Shown piece by piece: positions 62,931-64,000 of a DNA stretch of 64,000 bases (positions within the stretch are counted from its first letter, which is position 1; each line of letters starts with the position of its first letter). A program made the translations under genes and the position numbers. The notes under the pieces were generated by a model. The model saw only the letters and a program-made list of their open reading frames with translations. It had not been told where the DNA came from and did no database searches. The stretch is from the IMG/VR virus record IMGVR_UViG_3300042895_001344, positions 153,143 to 217,142 of that record; one strand, given 5' to 3'.

Positions 62931-63281
62931 ATGAAACCGCAGATTTTTAATTTACTTACATCAATTTCACTTTTCCTATTAGGATCGGTTGGTCATTGGT
63001 ATATAATGTATTGGCAATTTAAAATGGAAAATTGGATTAAGACTCCGTGGCCTTATTTAATTGCAGTCGGTTGTACGTTCTTGTGGATTAAAGCATCTCA
63101 TTATGGTGTAAAAGCGTTTAATGGTGAAATGTGGAGTAATAGATTTATATTTTTTGTGACAGGTATTATGATTGCATCGGTTCTTTATCCGTACCATTTT
63201 GGTCAACCGTTCACAATGAAAACCGCAGTTCAATTACTGTTGGCTTTCACAATTATTATTATATCATTATTTTGGAAATAA
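62931..63281 (+). CDS. Small 4-TM membrane protein (DMT/SMR-like)
   Basis: ATG at 62931 after TTTG-N19-TATATTAT; the longer ORF call runs through tRNA-Glu; four hydrophobic helices. Confidence 0.6.
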   Translation: MKPQIFNLLTSISLFLLGSVGHWYIMYWQFKMENWIKTPWPYLIAVGCTFLWIKASHYGVKAFNGEMWSNRFIFFVTGIMIASVLYPYHFGQPFTMKTAVQLLLAFTIIIISLFWK

Positions 63282-63294
63282 AAAATTAAAAGTT

Positions 63295-63525
63295 ATGTTT
63301 ATAGGTTATTATGTTATTTGTGTTATTTATTGTTTGTATCAGTTGTTTAAAAATTTAGACAAAAGATATTCTAACGACCCAACAGGTGGTTCACCAGAAT
63401 TAGATACTATCATGGTTTTAGTAATGGCTTGGATACTTGCCCCCGTTGATGTTTCATTGACTTGGATTCGTTGGTATAGGGAAGCTGAAGAAGCAAGAAG
63501 AAGACAAGGTAGTAGATTTTTATAA
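63295..63525 (+). CDS. Small membrane protein
   Basis: Two hydrophobic segments. Confidence 0.6.
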   Translation: MFIGYYVICVIYCLYQLFKNLDKRYSNDPTGGSPELDTIMVLVMAWILAPVDVSLTWIRWYREAEEARRRQGSRFL

Positions 63526-63691
63526 GATATGGGACTCCGATGGAAGTCCGCAAGAAGAATAGATGTTTTTCATCCATCAAATATCAATAGTGCTGACTGC
63601 TACGGAGATACAAGACAGAAGTGAAGGAACTGTTCCTATTGATTATTTTGTTTTTTAACAAAAAATTCCTATATTATTAAAAATAGAAAAT

Positions 63692-63907
63692 ATGAAGTGT
63701 TTAAAAAACGTAAAAACGGGAAACATTATTAGAGTTGATGAAAAACAAGCCTATCAAATGGCTGGTTCAACATGGAAATACACAACTAAAACAGAATGGA
63801 AAGGTATTGTAACTGAATCACCAAAAGAGAATGTTGAAGTTGGACATGATATGGGTGGATCATATGAAATTAAAAAAGAAAAAAAATCTAAAAAAGTTTC
63901 AAAATAA
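63692..63907 (+). CDS. Small basic hypothetical protein
   Basis: 71-aa ORF after TTTG-N19-TATATTAT. Confidence 0.65.
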   Translation: MKCLKNVKTGNIIRVDEKQAYQMAGSTWKYTTKTEWKGIVTESPKENVEVGHDMGGSYEIKKEKKSKKVSK

Positions 63908-63939
63908 TTTGGAATATTAGAAAACATTTCTTATCTTTG
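63908..63939 (+). promoter_or_regulatory. Bacteroidota-type promoter TTTG-N20-TATCTTTG
   Basis: Exact consensus match; the target lies at or beyond the window edge. Confidence 0.7.
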
Positions 63940-64000
63940 TAAAAGAAAGGAACAATCAGTAAAAATGTACCTGAAGTGAGAGCGACAAGTTTGCTACACC

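Noticed and set aside
1-64000. Stop-codon reassignment (code 15 or code 4), as seen in some large Bacteroidota phages
   Set aside because: Core genes are full length in code 11; TAG ends dut, phoH and the PhyH gene, TGA ends others, and no suppressor tRNA was found
1-64000. CRISPR array or cas genes
   Set aside because: All repeats seen are coding low-complexity tracts; there is no repeat-spacer periodicity

Overview
A 64-kb, very AT-rich, gene-dense segment of a large T4-like tailed phage (Caudoviricetes), read in the standard code. The host is probably a Bacteroidota bacterium. Evidence: perfect TTTG-N19/20-TAnnTTTG promoters, signal peptides cleaved before Gln, a Bacteroidota-type bS21 and no obvious Shine-Dalgarno sequences. 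Left to right: Pro/Thr- and Gly/Ser-repeat fibre-like genes (1-7.1 kb); small probable virion proteins including a WYL-like protein; three glycosyltransferases with dUTPase, PhoH and a sigma-like factor; baseplate/spike-like genes; the T4-like head module (gp23, scaffold, gp21, gp20, gp17) with ribosomal protein bS21 inserted on the opposite strand; a nucleotidyltransferase with two KTSC proteins; Hsp20 and an N-domain-less ClpC; an RNA-repair trio; a 14.4-kb minus-strand cell-envelope module; a PhyH-like dioxygenase; and five tRNAs separated by structured spacers. The envelope module is the best candidate for an undescribed system. It holds two CsgG-like proteins, two paralogous beta-barrels plus a third barrel-like protein, two dockerin/cohesin-type exported proteins (one with C-type lectin and LCCL domains), two stand-alone T9SS-CTD-like lipoproteins, PspC, FeoA and a lipase. 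It looks like a phage-encoded kit for displaying proteins on the host surface. All domain calls were made by eye from motifs; no database search was run.
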